Numbered from the stretch's first letter, positions 19,532-29,700 are shown. The stretch is 64,000 nt of DNA from an uncultured Acidobacteriota bacterium (GCA_963843575.1 CAWJKZ010000013.1:192001-256000), one strand, 5' to 3'. Made by a program: numbers and translations. Notes: generated by a model from the letters alone, not told the origin.

Positions 19532-20998
19532 ATGCGCCGTGCCGTCGAAACCCCATCTCCCTCGCGTCGCGCATTCCTGCGCGCCACTGCCGCCGCCCCG
19601 CTGACGGCACTGACGGGTTGCGCGGTGCTCACCAGGAAATACCGTCCGACCGACATCCGGGTCGAGGACGTCACCACGAGTTACGAAGAATTCCTGTACC
19701 GGGCCCCGTACCGCTTTGGCGGGCGCGCCGTCGACCGCGCTACCATCCTGAACGTCGTGTGCAGCGTGCGCACGCTCGACGGCCGGGTAGCCACGGGTTT
19801 CGGGTCGATGCCGCTCGGCAACGTGTGGTCCTTCCCGTCCAAGGTGATGTCCTACGACACCACCCTGGACGCGATGAAAGCGCTAGCCGACCGCATCGGC
19901 CGGATCGTGAAGGACTACCAATCGCCCGGACACCCGCTGGAGCTGAACGCCCACCTCGAACCTCTGTTCCTCAAGGCGGCCACGGAAGTCTCCGCCGAAC
20001 GGAAACTGGCCTCTCCCATTCCTGTCCTGTGCACGATGGTCACCGCCAGCCCGTTCGACGCGGCGATTCATGACGCGTTCGGCAAGGCGCACGGCTTGAG
20101 CTGTTACGCGACCTACGGTGCTGATTTCGTAAAGAGGGACCTCTCCGCTTTCCTCGGCCCCGATTTCAGGGGTGAGTATCCCGACCGATACGTCCTGCGG
20201 AATCCCGAGCCGCGCATTCCAATTTTCCACTCCGTCGGGGCGGGCGACCCGATCACGCCCGCAGACGTCTCCAAGCCCCTGGCCGACGGGTATCCCGAAA
20301 CGCTCGGGGAGTGGATCGAGTTCAACGGAGTGCGCCGGATCAAAATCAAGCTCGACGGCGAAGATCTTCGCGGGGACCTCGACCGGGTAGTCCGGATCGA
20401 CAGGACCGCCGAGGAGGTTCAGGGCCGGCGCGCCGTGCGGGAGTGGTTTTACTCGCTCGACTTCAACGAGAATTGCCCCAACGTCGAGTTCCTGCTGGAA
20501 TTCCTGAGGCGCCTCAAGGAGCAGGCGCCCGCCGGGTTTGAGCGGATCCTCTACATCGAGCAACCGACCGCCCGCGACCTGAAGGCGCATCGCTCCAACA
20601 CCATGCACCAGGCTGCCCGTCTGCGACCCGTGGTCATCGACGAGTCGCTGACCGACATGGAGTCGTTGCTGCTGGCCCGGGAGATGGGCTATACCGGGAT
20701 CGCCCTGAAGGCGTGCAAGGGGCAGAGCCAGGCGGTGCTGATGGCCGCCGCCGGCCGCAAGTACGGCATGTTCCTTTGCGTGCAAGACCTGACCTGCCCG
20801 GGCGCCGCTTTCATCCACTCCGCCGGGATCGCCGCTCACGTCCGCGGAGTCAGCGGGATCGAGGCCAATGCGCGCCAGTACGTTCCGGCCGCCAACCGGC
20901 TCTGGGAGCTGAAATTTCCCGGGATATTCGTCATCAAGGATGGCACCATCGAAACCGGCACCCTTACTGGTGCCGGATTGGGCGCCGTGGACGTCTGA
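19532..20998 (+). CDS. Enolase-superfamily (mandelate racemase/MLE-like) enzyme with a Tat (possibly lipoprotein) signal
   Basis: AGGAGG RBS; SRRAFL...LTGC; KIKL, LDFNE, YIEQP and VIDES metal-ligand pattern. Confidence 0.8.
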   Translation: MRRAVETPSPSRRAFLRATAAAPLTALTGCAVLTRKYRPTDIRVEDVTTSYEEFLYRAPYRFGGRAVDRATILNVVCSVRTLDGRVATGFGSMPLGNVWSFPSKVMSYDTTLDAMKALADRIGRIVKDYQSPGHPLELNAHLEPLFLKAATEVSAERKLASPIPVLCTMVTASPFDAAIHDAFGKAHGLSCYATYGADFVKRDLSAFLGPDFRGEYPDRYVLRNPEPRIPIFHSVGAGDPITPADVSKPLADGYPETLGEWIEFNGVRRIKIKLDGEDLRGDLDRVVRIDRTAEEVQGRRAVREWFYSLDFNENCPNVEFLLEFLRRLKEQAPAGFERILYIEQPTARDLKAHRSNTMHQAARLRPVVIDESLTDMESLLLAREMGYTGIALKACKGQSQAVLMAAAGRKYGMFLCVQDLTCPGAAFIHSAGIAAHVRGVSGIEANARQYVPAANRLWELKFPGIFVIKDGTIETGTLTGAGLGAVDV

Positions 20999-21165
20999 CC
21001 CGAAGCCTACAAATTCCGCCGGGCGGCGGCAGGCGCGCACACCCGCACAACGCTCGCCGCGTGCGGTGCCTCGACCTGAACCATGTGCGAGGCGCAACCG
21101 GAGTTGACGACTCTCAGCGGTTCGAGTCTTGGAGGTGAACCGTAGAGTTCACCCCGGAGGGAACG

Positions 21166-22908
21166 ATGTCTGCAAACCACCTCATCCCGGCCCTGCTCAT
21201 CTGCGGAGCGCTCTCCATCGGCTCGCCCGGGTCCGCCGGCCCGCCCGCCGCCGACCTTGTGCTGCGCAACGGGACCATCGCGACCGTCGACGAGAAGCGC
21301 CCGGTCGCCCAGGCTATTGCAGTGCGGGGGGGGGTGATCGCCGTCGTCGGCAGCGACCGCGAGATCATGCCTTACATTGGGGGCGCCACCCGTGTCATCG
21401 ACCTGCACGGCAGTTTCGCCATCCCCGGCTTCATCGAAAGCCACGCCCACCTCGCAGGCATCGGCCAGTCGAAGATGCAGCTGGATCTGATGGCCGCACG
21501 GTCCTGGGACGAAATCGTCGCCCTGGTGCGCGCCGAGGTGCGGAAAACCTCACCGGGCCAATGGATACTCGGCCGGGGATGGCACCAGGAAAAGTGGACG
21601 ACTCGTCCATCGCCCAACATCGAAGGTTTTCCCTTGCACGAAACCCTGTCCGGGGTGTCGCCGAACAACCCCGTGCTCCTCACTCACGCCAGTGGACACG
21701 CCACGTATGCGAACGCAAAGGCGATGGAACTGGCCGGGATCACGACGGCCACACCGGATCCTCCGGGAGGAGACATCGTGCGCGATCGCGCCGGCAACGC
21801 GATAGGAGTCTTCCGGGAAACCGCCTCCAGCCTGCTGCACCGGGCCTACAGCGCCGCGCTGGCCCGGAGGACACCCGGACAGATCCGGGCAGACGAGCGC
21901 CGGCAGATCGAACTCGCGATCCGCGAATGTCTGTCCAAGGGGATAACCACCTTTCACGACGCCGGCGCCTCGTTCAAAACAGTCGATCTCTACAGGGAGC
22001 TTGCCGACGAAGGGAAGCTCGGGCTGCGCCTGTACGTGATGCTGAGCGAGGACAACGCCGCGCTGGCGCGCGGGCTCGATCGTTACCGCACGATCGGATA
22101 CGGAGGCGGCCACCTGACCGTGCGCGCCATCAAACGGCTGATGGACGGGGCCCTGGGCTCGCGTGGAGCCTGGCTGCTCGAGCCCTACAGCGATCTGCCC
22201 GGGAGCAGCGGATTGAACACGACGCCCGTGCAGCAGATCGCGGAGACGGCGGATCTGGCCGTCCGGCACGGGTACCAGCTCTGCGTCCACGCCATCGGTG
22301 ACCGGGCTAACCGGGAGACGCTCGGGATATTCGAAAATGTCGTGCGAAGCCACCCCGGGAGCGACCTGCGCTGGCGGATTGAGCACGCGCAGCACCTGAG
22401 CGCCGCGGATGCCCTGCGCTTTGGCGCGCTCGGCGTGATAGCCGCGATGCAGGGCGTGCATTGCACCTCCGACGCGCCGTACGTGCTGGCGCGACTCGGC
22501 GCAGCCAGGGCCGAGGAAGGGGCCTACGTGTGGCAAAAGGTCCTGAGATCCGGCGGGATCGTCTGCAACGGCACCGATGCGCCCGTCGAAGACGTGAGCC
22601 CTGTTGCGTCCTACTACGCGAGCGTGTCCCGAAAACTCAAGGATGGCTCCCTTTTCTACCCGGACCAGAGGATGAGCCGCGCCGAAGCGCTGCGATCCTA
22701 CACCCTGAACGGGGCGTTTGCGGCGTTCGAAGAGGCATCCAAGGGATCGCTCACCCCCGGCAAGCTGGCAGACATCACGGTCCTCTCCCAGGACATGCTG
22801 TCGGTTGCCGAAGAAGAGATCCCGAAGACGCAAGTGATCTGCACCATCGTGGGAGGGGAAGTGCTTTACAGTCAAAACCGGGAGTCGCGAAGCGGAGGCC
22901 GGAAGTGA
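21166..22908 (+). CDS. Amidohydrolase 3 family (YtcJ-like), exported
   Basis: PGFIESHAH, HASGH, DGALGSRGA, HAIGDRA, RIEHAQ, GTDAPVE, GKLADITVL. Confidence 0.92.
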   Translation: MSANHLIPALLICGALSIGSPGSAGPPAADLVLRNGTIATVDEKRPVAQAIAVRGGVIAVVGSDREIMPYIGGATRVIDLHGSFAIPGFIESHAHLAGIGQSKMQLDLMAARSWDEIVALVRAEVRKTSPGQWILGRGWHQEKWTTRPSPNIEGFPLHETLSGVSPNNPVLLTHASGHATYANAKAMELAGITTATPDPPGGDIVRDRAGNAIGVFRETASSLLHRAYSAALARRTPGQIRADERRQIELAIRECLSKGITTFHDAGASFKTVDLYRELADEGKLGLRLYVMLSEDNAALARGLDRYRTIGYGGGHLTVRAIKRLMDGALGSRGAWLLEPYSDLPGSSGLNTTPVQQIAETADLAVRHGYQLCVHAIGDRANRETLGIFENVVRSHPGSDLRWRIEHAQHLSAADALRFGALGVIAAMQGVHCTSDAPYVLARLGAARAEEGAYVWQKVLRSGGIVCNGTDAPVEDVSPVASYYASVSRKLKDGSLFYPDQRMSRAEALRSYTLNGAFAAFEEASKGSLTPGKLADITVLSQDMLSVAEEEIPKTQVICTIVGGEVLYSQNRESRSGGRK

Positions 22909-22984
22909 AATCCCGGGAGACAGAGAAGCCGGATGTGACGGCTTCCTGTTTCTGGCTTCCTGCTTCTGCATCTGGGAGCGCCCC

Positions 22985-24169
22985 ATGCAGGATCTAACGA
23001 GCAAGGAACGGATGGCACGGGCTATGTGGCTCGAAGAGCCCGACCGCGTTCCCGTCATGTGTCAGCTCTCGCTGGGACATTACTTCCTGAACACGTCCAT
23101 GCCAGAGGTGGAAATCTGGCACTCGACCGAGGCGTTCGGCGAAGCGCTCATTGAGCTTCAGCGCCGCTATGCGTTCGACGGCATCCTCGTCAACCTGCCC
23201 GGTCGGGACCCCGACTGGCGTTCGTACGTAGAGAAGATCGAGCAGAGGGGCAGCGCGAAGGTCATCAGCTGGAAGAGTGGCTGGTACACGGTCTGCCCGC
23301 CCGACGACAACCCGCACGCCTATCGTCCGGACGGGCAAGCCAATGTGGTCGCCTTCGACGCCCTGGACCCGGAGAAACTCTTCTATATCGAGCCGCACGA
23401 TCCCAAGGGCCCCGTATACCCGTCCTGCTGGGGGTTTGCCGAGGACCCCGCCCGACTGGACGATTTCTTTCCGCCGTGGCAATTCGACACGATCGACTAT
23501 GTCGTCGACCGAGTCGGGACCCGGGTGTCGGTGCACGGCGAAGTCTTCTCGCCCTTTACCCAGATGTTGGAACTGATCGGCTATTCCCACGCCTTGATGG
23601 CCCTCGTGGAGAACCCGGAAAGGTTCGAGTCCTGCCTGGATGCGCTGACCGCCGGGACCATCGCTCTGGCGCGCGGCCAGGCTGACCACGGCGTGGATGC
23701 AATTCTGATTTCGTCGGCCTTCGCGGGAGCGGGATTCATCTCTCCGGCGCACTATCGACAGTTCGTGCTGCCCTATGAAAAGCGGGTCGTCGAGGGGGTG
23801 AAAGCCTCCCACGAGATTCCCGTCTACACCCACACCTGCGGGAAGATCGGGGACCGGCTCGAACTGATCCAGCGTACGGGGACCAACGGCATCGACACGC
23901 TCGACCCGCCCCCGCTCGGTGATGTCGAGCTGTCCGAGGCCAAAAAGCGCGTCGGGGACAGGCTTTTCTTGAAGGGGAACCTGAATCCCATCGAGACACT
24001 GCTGCACGGGAACCGGGAAGCTGTGGGGCGCGAGGCCGTCCGCTGCATCGACTCAGCCTCGGAGCATGGCGGCTACATCCTCAGTTCCGCCTGCTCCGTC
24101 CCCCCCCACACCCCCCCGTCAAATCTGGAGGTCTTGTCGGAAATTGCGGACCTGTTCGGTCGATATTAG
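22985..24169 (+). CDS. Uroporphyrinogen decarboxylase-like (URO-D/MtaA) family protein
   Basis: PDRVPV, ISPAHYRQFVLPY, HTCG, LKGNLNP, GGYILSSACSVP. Confidence 0.85.
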   Translation: MQDLTSKERMARAMWLEEPDRVPVMCQLSLGHYFLNTSMPEVEIWHSTEAFGEALIELQRRYAFDGILVNLPGRDPDWRSYVEKIEQRGSAKVISWKSGWYTVCPPDDNPHAYRPDGQANVVAFDALDPEKLFYIEPHDPKGPVYPSCWGFAEDPARLDDFFPPWQFDTIDYVVDRVGTRVSVHGEVFSPFTQMLELIGYSHALMALVENPERFESCLDALTAGTIALARGQADHGVDAILISSAFAGAGFISPAHYRQFVLPYEKRVVEGVKASHEIPVYTHTCGKIGDRLELIQRTGTNGIDTLDPPPLGDVELSEAKKRVGDRLFLKGNLNPIETLLHGNREAVGREAVRCIDSASEHGGYILSSACSVPPHTPPSNLEVLSEIADLFGRY

Positions 24170-24390
24170 GGACGGACCAAGGTAAATATATTTATATAAA
24201 TAAGATACGTGGATTTTGGACCGAAAAACAGGGCTTATTCCCATTTTTGGCCCAGTTTTTCAAAACAAGCCGCGCGTGCATTGGCCATGCGCTTGAGCTC
24301 CTTATTTCGAAAAAAAGGGAATAAGGCGGAATTCTGAGGTCAATTTTGGCTCAAATTATACCAAAACAAATACTTATTCTGGTCCGTCCC
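24169..24390. mobile_element. AT-rich 222-bp MITE-like element
   Basis: Terminal inverted repeats GGGACGGACCA (24169-24179) and TGGTCCGTCCC (24380-24390) with imperfect AT-rich extension; internal IR CTTATTCCC/GGGAATAAG; sharp GC drop between convergent stops. Confidence 0.6.
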
Positions 24391-24392
24391 CA

Positions 24393-25259
24393 CTAATACA
24401 GCGGGCGGGTTTTGGGGTCGTAGCCTGCTTTGCCGAGCGACTTGAGCAGCGGGCGGGCTCCGTTTGACATCATCCCGAGTTCGCTGCCGGCCTGAAAGAA
24501 CAGAAACCCCTCCTCGATGAACCGCTGGATTTGCTCGGGGGTGCCGGCGGGGCGTCCCAGCGGGACGTTGTGTTTCCTGGCTGCAGCCACTATCTTCGCG
24601 ATCGCCTGCTGGACGGCGGGCACATCCTGTCTCCCCTCGTAACCGAGCGAGAACGAGAGGTCGTTTGTCCCGATGAACAGGACGTCTATGCCGGGGACGG
24701 CTGCGATCTCATCGATGCGTTCCACGGCCTGCGCCTGCTCGACGATGACGATCACCATGGCGTTGCGGTTGGCGAACTTCGTGTACCCTTCGGGTGCCGG
24801 CCAGCGGAAGCTGGCCAGCCCAGGGGCGGACCCGCGCAGCCCTTCCGGGGGGTACTTGCAGGCGGCAACGGCCTGGCGCGCCAGCTCGGGGGTAGCGGTG
24901 AAGGGGAACATGACCCCCATGCTGCCCTGGTCCAGGACGCGCTTGGCGGTCCAGAGCTCGTTTACGGGCACCCGCGCAAACGGCATCGCCTTCAACCCGC
25001 GCGTTGCCAGCACCATGTTGCGAAGCGTCTCGAGGGTGATGGGACTGTGCTCCATCTCGATCCAGAGGAAATCGAATCCCAGGTTTGCCGCCTGAGCGGC
25101 AATCTCCGGGCTCGCGACCGTGATGGTCATGCCGATGACGGGCTTGCCCTCGCGCAGGAGCTTTTTAACGGGATTCTCCCACTCCGGCTGATCCTGGGCT
25201 ACGGCCAGTCCGAGCGAGACGAGCAAGGCGCAACCGAGCGCGCGCAATGGAGGTTTCAT
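24393..25259 (-). CDS. HpcH/HpaI aldolase family protein with a predicted signal peptide
   Basis: GFDFLWIEMEH, ARVP, KRVLDQG, YPPEGLRG, IGTNDLS. Confidence 0.88.
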   Translation of the reverse strand: MKPPLRALGCALLVSLGLAVAQDQPEWENPVKKLLREGKPVIGMTITVASPEIAAQAANLGFDFLWIEMEHSPITLETLRNMVLATRGLKAMPFARVPVNELWTAKRVLDQGSMGVMFPFTATPELARQAVAACKYPPEGLRGSAPGLASFRWPAPEGYTKFANRNAMVIVIVEQAQAVERIDEIAAVPGIDVLFIGTNDLSFSLGYEGRQDVPAVQQAIAKIVAAARKHNVPLGRPAGTPEQIQRFIEEGFLFFQAGSELGMMSNGARPLLKSLGKAGYDPKTRPLY

Positions 25260-25314
25260 GGGTGATCTCCTCGGGAACGGGCGAAGCATACTCAAAGAAT
25301 GGGAGACGGTGGCC

Positions 25315-25884
25315 TCACTCCTCCTCATCCGGTTCGAGGTCCTCCTCCTCCGCCACGTCTAGCGGCTCCTCCTCCAGTTCGAGTTCCTTGGAGCCGAGAC
25401 CCTCTTCGTCGTACGTGTCCTCGAAGCCGAACACGCGTCCCCGCCGGCGCTCGCGGATAGGCCCTTTCTTCCTCTCGTCGTTCATCGACTGCCGATTCGC
25501 TTGGCGGCGGCTGCGTCCCGGTTTGGCGTCGGGGCCGAACGTCCGGGCCCTGGGTTCAAACGGCGGCGGTCCGCCAAAACTCGGCCGAGCCATCGGGCCG
25601 TGGTGACCGCCCGGGCTCGGGCGCGATCCACCCCCCTCTCTCGGCCGTGCTTCGTTGACGGCAACCGCACGGCCGCGCAGGCTCTGGTTGTTGAGGCGGC
25701 GGACCGCCTCGTCGGCCGCGCTGCGCTCCTCGAATTCGACGAATGCAAACCCGCGCCGCTTGCCGGTTTCGCGGTCCACCGGGATGAATGCGTGAGCGAG
25801 AGGTCCGACCGGTGCAAAGAAAGCCTTCAACTCATCTTCGGTCACATCGTACGGAAGGTTACCGACAAACAAACGAACGGGCAT
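25315..25884 (-). CDS. RRM RNA-binding protein with a disordered basic region and acidic tail
   Basis: RNP2 LFVGNL, RNP1 RGFAFVEF, VNEARPRE. Confidence 0.92.
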   Translation of the reverse strand: MPVRLFVGNLPYDVTEDELKAFFAPVGPLAHAFIPVDRETGKRRGFAFVEFEERSAADEAVRRLNNQSLRGRAVAVNEARPREGGGSRPSPGGHHGPMARPSFGGPPPFEPRARTFGPDAKPGRSRRQANRQSMNDERKKGPIRERRRGRVFGFEDTYDEEGLGSKELELEEEPLDVAEEEDLEPDEEE

Positions 25885-26020
25885 TCTCACCCCTTTGTCA
25901 TTATGGAAAATCACCGGACACCCCGGAGCTAAAACCTCCGGTGAGACCGTTTTATGCGATGTTTTGCCGCCGTTTGTCCACAAGTTTTTATCGGACGCGC
26001 GCGCGCAGCGCCGTGCCCGG

Positions 26021-26446
26021 TTAAAGCAGCCTGGCGTCCAGCACGATGTCGACGCCCGCCAGCGCCCTGGAGACGGGGCAGGTCTTCTTGGCTGCTTCCG
26101 CCTGCTCGTGGAATGCAGCGGGATCGAGCCCCGGGACCTCGGCTTCGGTGTGAAGTTCGATGCGGCTTATCTTGAACCCCTCGGGGGACTTCTCGAGGCG
26201 CACGGCGGCCCTTGTCTGCACGCGCTTGGGGGAGTATCCGGCCTGACCGAGGCCCGCGGTCAAGGCCATCGAAAAACAGCCTGCGTGGGCTGCGCCTATC
26301 AACTCTTCCGGGTTCGTCCCGGTTCCGTCCTCGAAGCGCGACGAGAACGAATACGCCCCTTCGTAGGCGCCGCTCCCCAGACGCATCCGGCCCTTTCCCG
26401 ACTTGAGGTCTCCTTCCCACACCGCACTCGCTGAACGTAGTGGCAT
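26021..26446 (-). CDS. osmC: OsmC family peroxiredoxin
   Basis: AVWEGDLKSGKG, GTNPEELIGAAHAGCFSMAL, AKKTCPVSRAL. Confidence 0.93.
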   Translation of the reverse strand: MPLRSASAVWEGDLKSGKGRMRLGSGAYEGAYSFSSRFEDGTGTNPEELIGAAHAGCFSMALTAGLGQAGYSPKRVQTRAAVRLEKSPEGFKISRIELHTEAEVPGLDPAAFHEQAEAAKKTCPVSRALAGVDIVLDARLL

Positions 26447-26615
26447 TTCCCCACCTCCCGGTTAATGCGATCAGTTGTCGCGCGACCGGGCGCACCTGAC
26501 CCGGCCCCGACAAGCGCAGTTCGCAACACCGAACTCGGTGTCGTGTTGAAGAGCCGGAGATCGATCCCGGCCCCCGAACGTTTACCGCGCGGTGCGAAAC
26601 TGCGGACGTCAGCCG

Positions 26616-27233
26616 CTATTCCTGGTGCTCATCCCCGACATCCCGGGGCTCGATTTCCATGTCGGATTCCGCTTCGATCTCGAGGATACCGTCGTCGTTG
26701 TCCTTAAAATCGAAATCTTCTTCGGAATCCTCGTCGACACGGCCGCGGAGGAACATTTTCTTGCCCCACTCGGACTTGTGGGGTTTGGTCTGGGGACGCC
26801 GCTTGCGGTCGGGTTTCGCAGGGGGGCCGAAGTTGCGGCTGCGGCGTTTCTGCGGTGCGAGCTCGTCGAGGGCCGCAGGAGCGTGCGAGCCTCCTCCCGG
26901 GCGGAACGCGGGCCTCCCCGGGGTGGACGACGACGGCATGGGCCGCGAGTATCCGTTGCCCCGGGGGGGCGCCGGACCCCGACTCTCCCGCTCGCGGGCC
27001 TCTTTGACGGCGATTGGTCGACCCTTGAACGACTGTTGGTTCAAGCGCTGGATCGCGTCGTCGGCCTCGCCTTGACTACCCAACTCTATAAAGGCGAACC
27101 CGCGCTGCTTCCCGGTTTCCCGATCGACGGGAAGGAAGACCCGCGAAAGCCGCCCTACAGGTGCAAAAAACTCCCTTAATTCGTTTTCGGTTACGTCGTA
27201 GGGGAGATTCCCCACGAAGAGACGTACGGACAT
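26616..27233 (-). CDS. RRM RNA-binding protein, paralog of 25315-25884
   Basis: LFVGNL, RGFAFIEL, VKEARERE; acidic tail. Confidence 0.92.
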   Translation of the reverse strand: MSVRLFVGNLPYDVTENELREFFAPVGRLSRVFLPVDRETGKQRGFAFIELGSQGEADDAIQRLNQQSFKGRPIAVKEARERESRGPAPPRGNGYSRPMPSSSTPGRPAFRPGGGSHAPAALDELAPQKRRSRNFGPPAKPDRKRRPQTKPHKSEWGKKMFLRGRVDEDSEEDFDFKDNDDGILEIEAESDMEIEPRDVGDEHQE

Positions 27234-27456
27234 TCGAAGTTTAACCTCGTTTTCGTTGCTGATGCTGGCGTGATGAGAAGAAGCGGGGAGCAGTCCAAAA
27301 CTCAGCGTTCCTGTTGCGGGGAAATGAGATGCGCGTCGACCCGCGCTTCTTCACGAGTCATGGCTAAAATGTTACTCAAAACCCGGAGTTTTTCAATCCC
27401 CATCGCATCCGTCGGATGCCGAGGCCCCGGCGGCGCTCGCCGTGGGACTGGCGTGC

Positions 27457-27699
27457 TCACGCAAGACCCCCGTCGGGCGCCGCGGCGCCTGAAAGCCCCC
27501 TCGGGTGGCCCCATCTGTGACCGCATCTCAGACAATGCCATCGGGGATCGTTCCCGGTCGGTTCGCTGCCGCGGGTGACGGACAATCCAGGGTCAGCGCC
27601 GATCGTGCTCCCGGCCCCGGAAGGGGGACCATCGACGATCCGCGCCACCCGGGGGAAGCCGCATCGGGGGCACCGGTGCGGCCGACCGCCGACGCTCAT
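27457..27699 (-). CDS. Small zinc-ribbon-like protein
   Basis: CPRCG...WHCLRCG double CxxC; ATGA overlap with the upstream gene. Confidence 0.6.
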   Translation of the reverse strand: MSVGGRPHRCPRCGFPRVARIVDGPPSGAGSTIGADPGLSVTRGSEPTGNDPRWHCLRCGHRWGHPRGLSGAAAPDGGLA

Positions 27700-27947
27700 T
27701 GACCCTTCGACTTCAGGGCGCTGTCGTTGTCCCGTATGAATGCCTGGATCTGCTCCGACAATCCGAGGAGCCGCAGCCATTGCTCCTTGTAGAGCGTTAC
27801 AGGGAAGCGCCCCAGCCCGTACACGGAAAGGCCCCCTTTTTCGCTCACCTTCAGGGTAAGCCCGCGCGCGGGCTGCTTACGGGGTGTTGCGGCCTGGTCC
27901 TCGGCCGGCGTGGTTGGTGCGTCGTTGGCGTTCTGTTCCTCTTCCAT
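27696..27947 (-). CDS. Small conserved hypothetical protein
   Basis: LKVSEKGGLSVYGLGRFPVTLYKEQWLRLL, recognised as a widespread small-protein motif of unknown function. Confidence 0.8.
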   Translation of the reverse strand: MEEEQNANDAPTTPAEDQAATPRKQPARGLTLKVSEKGGLSVYGLGRFPVTLYKEQWLRLLGLSEQIQAFIRDNDSALKSKGQ

Positions 27948-28106
27948 TTCTTGGCTCGTTCCCTTCGGCAGAAGAATTCAAGTAGTTGCGGACAACGTTA
28001 TATCAATGTGTGTCGCCAGGTTCCAGTCCGCATATTGCGCATTGTCGGGCTCATGCCCGGGAAAGAGCGCCGAAGTTCGGCGGCAAAGGCAGGCCGCCAG
28101 GGGGAT

Positions 28107-28733
28107 TCAGCCGGACGATTCCGTGCGGCTTCTGCCCGTCGTGCCCCGTGTGCGGGCGACCTGGAATCCGACCCGGACCAGCAGCAGGGCCGTCAGAATG
28201 ACCGCGTAGATCGCAGGTTCCCGGATGTCGGCCTTCTGTTTCCACCAGAAGTGCACGACCGCCGCCGTCCCGCTGAGGTAGACGAGCCGGTGCAGCGTCT
28301 GCCATTTCCTCCCGAGTCTCCGGATCGCGCCCCGGGTTGAGGTGGCGGCGAGCGGAACCATGGACAGGAACGCAAGCGTCCCGACCGTGATGAACGGCCG
28401 CTTCGCGACGTCTTTGAGCATGTCCCCCAAGTCGAAGAACTTGTCGAGCCAGACGTAAGTAACAAGGTGCAGCGAGCCGTAGAAGAAGGCGAACAGGCCG
28501 GACAGGCGCCGGAACTTCGTCGGCCAGGACAGCCCCGTGATCCGGCGCAGCGGGGTGATCGCCAGCGTGACCATCAGCAGGACAAGCGTGGTCTTCCCGG
28601 TGGAGAGGGTGACGTACTCGATCGGGTTCGCCCCGAGTCCGCCATAGAAACCCTTGTAGCCGAGCCGGCCCAAGGGTGCGAGGCAGGCGATCCAGGCCAC
28701 GGTCTTCAGCACCACCAGCTGGGGCCTCTTCAC
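28107..28733 (-). CDS. msrQ: Methionine sulfoxide reductase heme subunit MsrQ
   Basis: LGANPIE, RRLSGLFAFFYGSLH, KRPFITVG, WQTLHRLVY; directly downstream of msrP. Confidence 0.93.
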   Translation of the reverse strand: MKRPQLVVLKTVAWIACLAPLGRLGYKGFYGGLGANPIEYVTLSTGKTTLVLLMVTLAITPLRRITGLSWPTKFRRLSGLFAFFYGSLHLVTYVWLDKFFDLGDMLKDVAKRPFITVGTLAFLSMVPLAATSTRGAIRRLGRKWQTLHRLVYLSGTAAVVHFWWKQKADIREPAIYAVILTALLLVRVGFQVARTRGTTGRSRTESSG

Positions 28734-28734
28734 G

Positions 28735-29700
28735 TCAGAAGTTCTTCCTGAGATCCAGCCCAGAGTACAGCGAAGCCACCTGGTCGGCATAGCCGTTGAA
28801 CATCAGGGTGCTGCGTTTGAAGAATTCCCCGATTCGCCTCTCTTTTGCCTGGCTCCAACGCGGGTGATCGACCTCCGGGTTGACGTTGGAGTAGAAGCCG
28901 TATTCGCTCGGCGCCGAGAGATTCCATGTCGTCGGCGGCTGGTTGCGCACGAAGTGGATCTTCACGATGGATTTGATGCTCTTGAAACCGTATTTCCACG
29001 GAACGACGAGGCGGATCGGCGCCCCGTTCTGGTTGGGGAGGACCTCTCCGTAAAGGCCGACCGAGAGCAGGGTGAGCGGGTGCATCGCCTCGTCCATCCG
29101 AAGACCCTCCACGTAGGGCCACTGAAGCACGGACCGGCGCTGCCCGGGCATCCGGCTCATGTCCAGGAGCGTCTCGAAGGCGACATACCGGGCCTTGGAC
29201 GTCGGTTCGACGCTCCGGATCAGCGAGTTGAGCGGGATCCCGATCCACGGGATGACCATCGACCAGCCCTCGACGCAGCGCATGCGATAGACACGCTCCT
29301 CGAGCGACGGGTGCGTCTTGAGGATGCGATCGACGTCGTACTTGCCGGGCTTTGCCACTTCTCCTTCGATCGACACAGTCCACGGGCTCGGTTTGAGGGT
29401 GCCGGCGTATCGGGCGGGATCTTCCTTTTCGGTGCCGAATTCGTAGAAATTGTTGTAGCCGGTGACGTCCTTGAGCGGAGTGAGTTGCTCACCGCGGGTG
29501 CTGAGAGGGCTCTGCACGTACTGCAACCTCGTCGCCCCGCGCGCGGCCTCTTCGAAACCTGCCAGGGCGCGCACCGAGAACGCCGCCCCGGCGGCGACCG
29601 CCCCGGCCAGGAACTTGCGGCGGTTCAGGTAGACCTCACGCGGAGTGATTTCGGAAGACTTGAACGGATCGCGACTCTTGAAAATCATTTTCCCCCCCAC
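28735..29700 (-). CDS. msrP: Molybdo-methionine sulfoxide reductase MsrP
   Basis: Tat [44 protein letters not shown]. Confidence 0.96.
   Translation of the reverse strand: MGGKMIFKSRDPFKSSEITPREVYLNRRKFLAGAVAAGAAFSVRALAGFEEAARGATRLQYVQSPLSTRGEQLTPLKDVTGYNNFYEFGTEKEDPARYAGTLKPSPWTVSIEGEVAKPGKYDVDRILKTHPSLEERVYRMRCVEGWSMVIPWIGIPLNSLIRSVEPTSKARYVAFETLLDMSRMPGQRRSVLQWPYVEGLRMDEAMHPLTLLSVGLYGEVLPNQNGAPIRLVVPWKYGFKSIKSIVKIHFVRNQPPTTWNLSAPSEYGFYSNVNPEVDHPRWSQAKERRIGEFFKRSTLMFNGYADQVASLYSGLDLRKNF

Noticed and set aside
22910-22975. CAGAGAAGCC...TTCTGGCTTCCTGCTTCTG short repeats as a regulatory RNA
   Set aside because: Too short and degenerate; resembles the generic heptamer-type intergenic repeats also seen near 60025.
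27302-27420. Small ORF MGIEKLRVLSNILAMTREEARVDAHLISPQQER
   Set aside because: No RBS or recognisable motif; more likely the promoter/5' UTR of the RRM gene.
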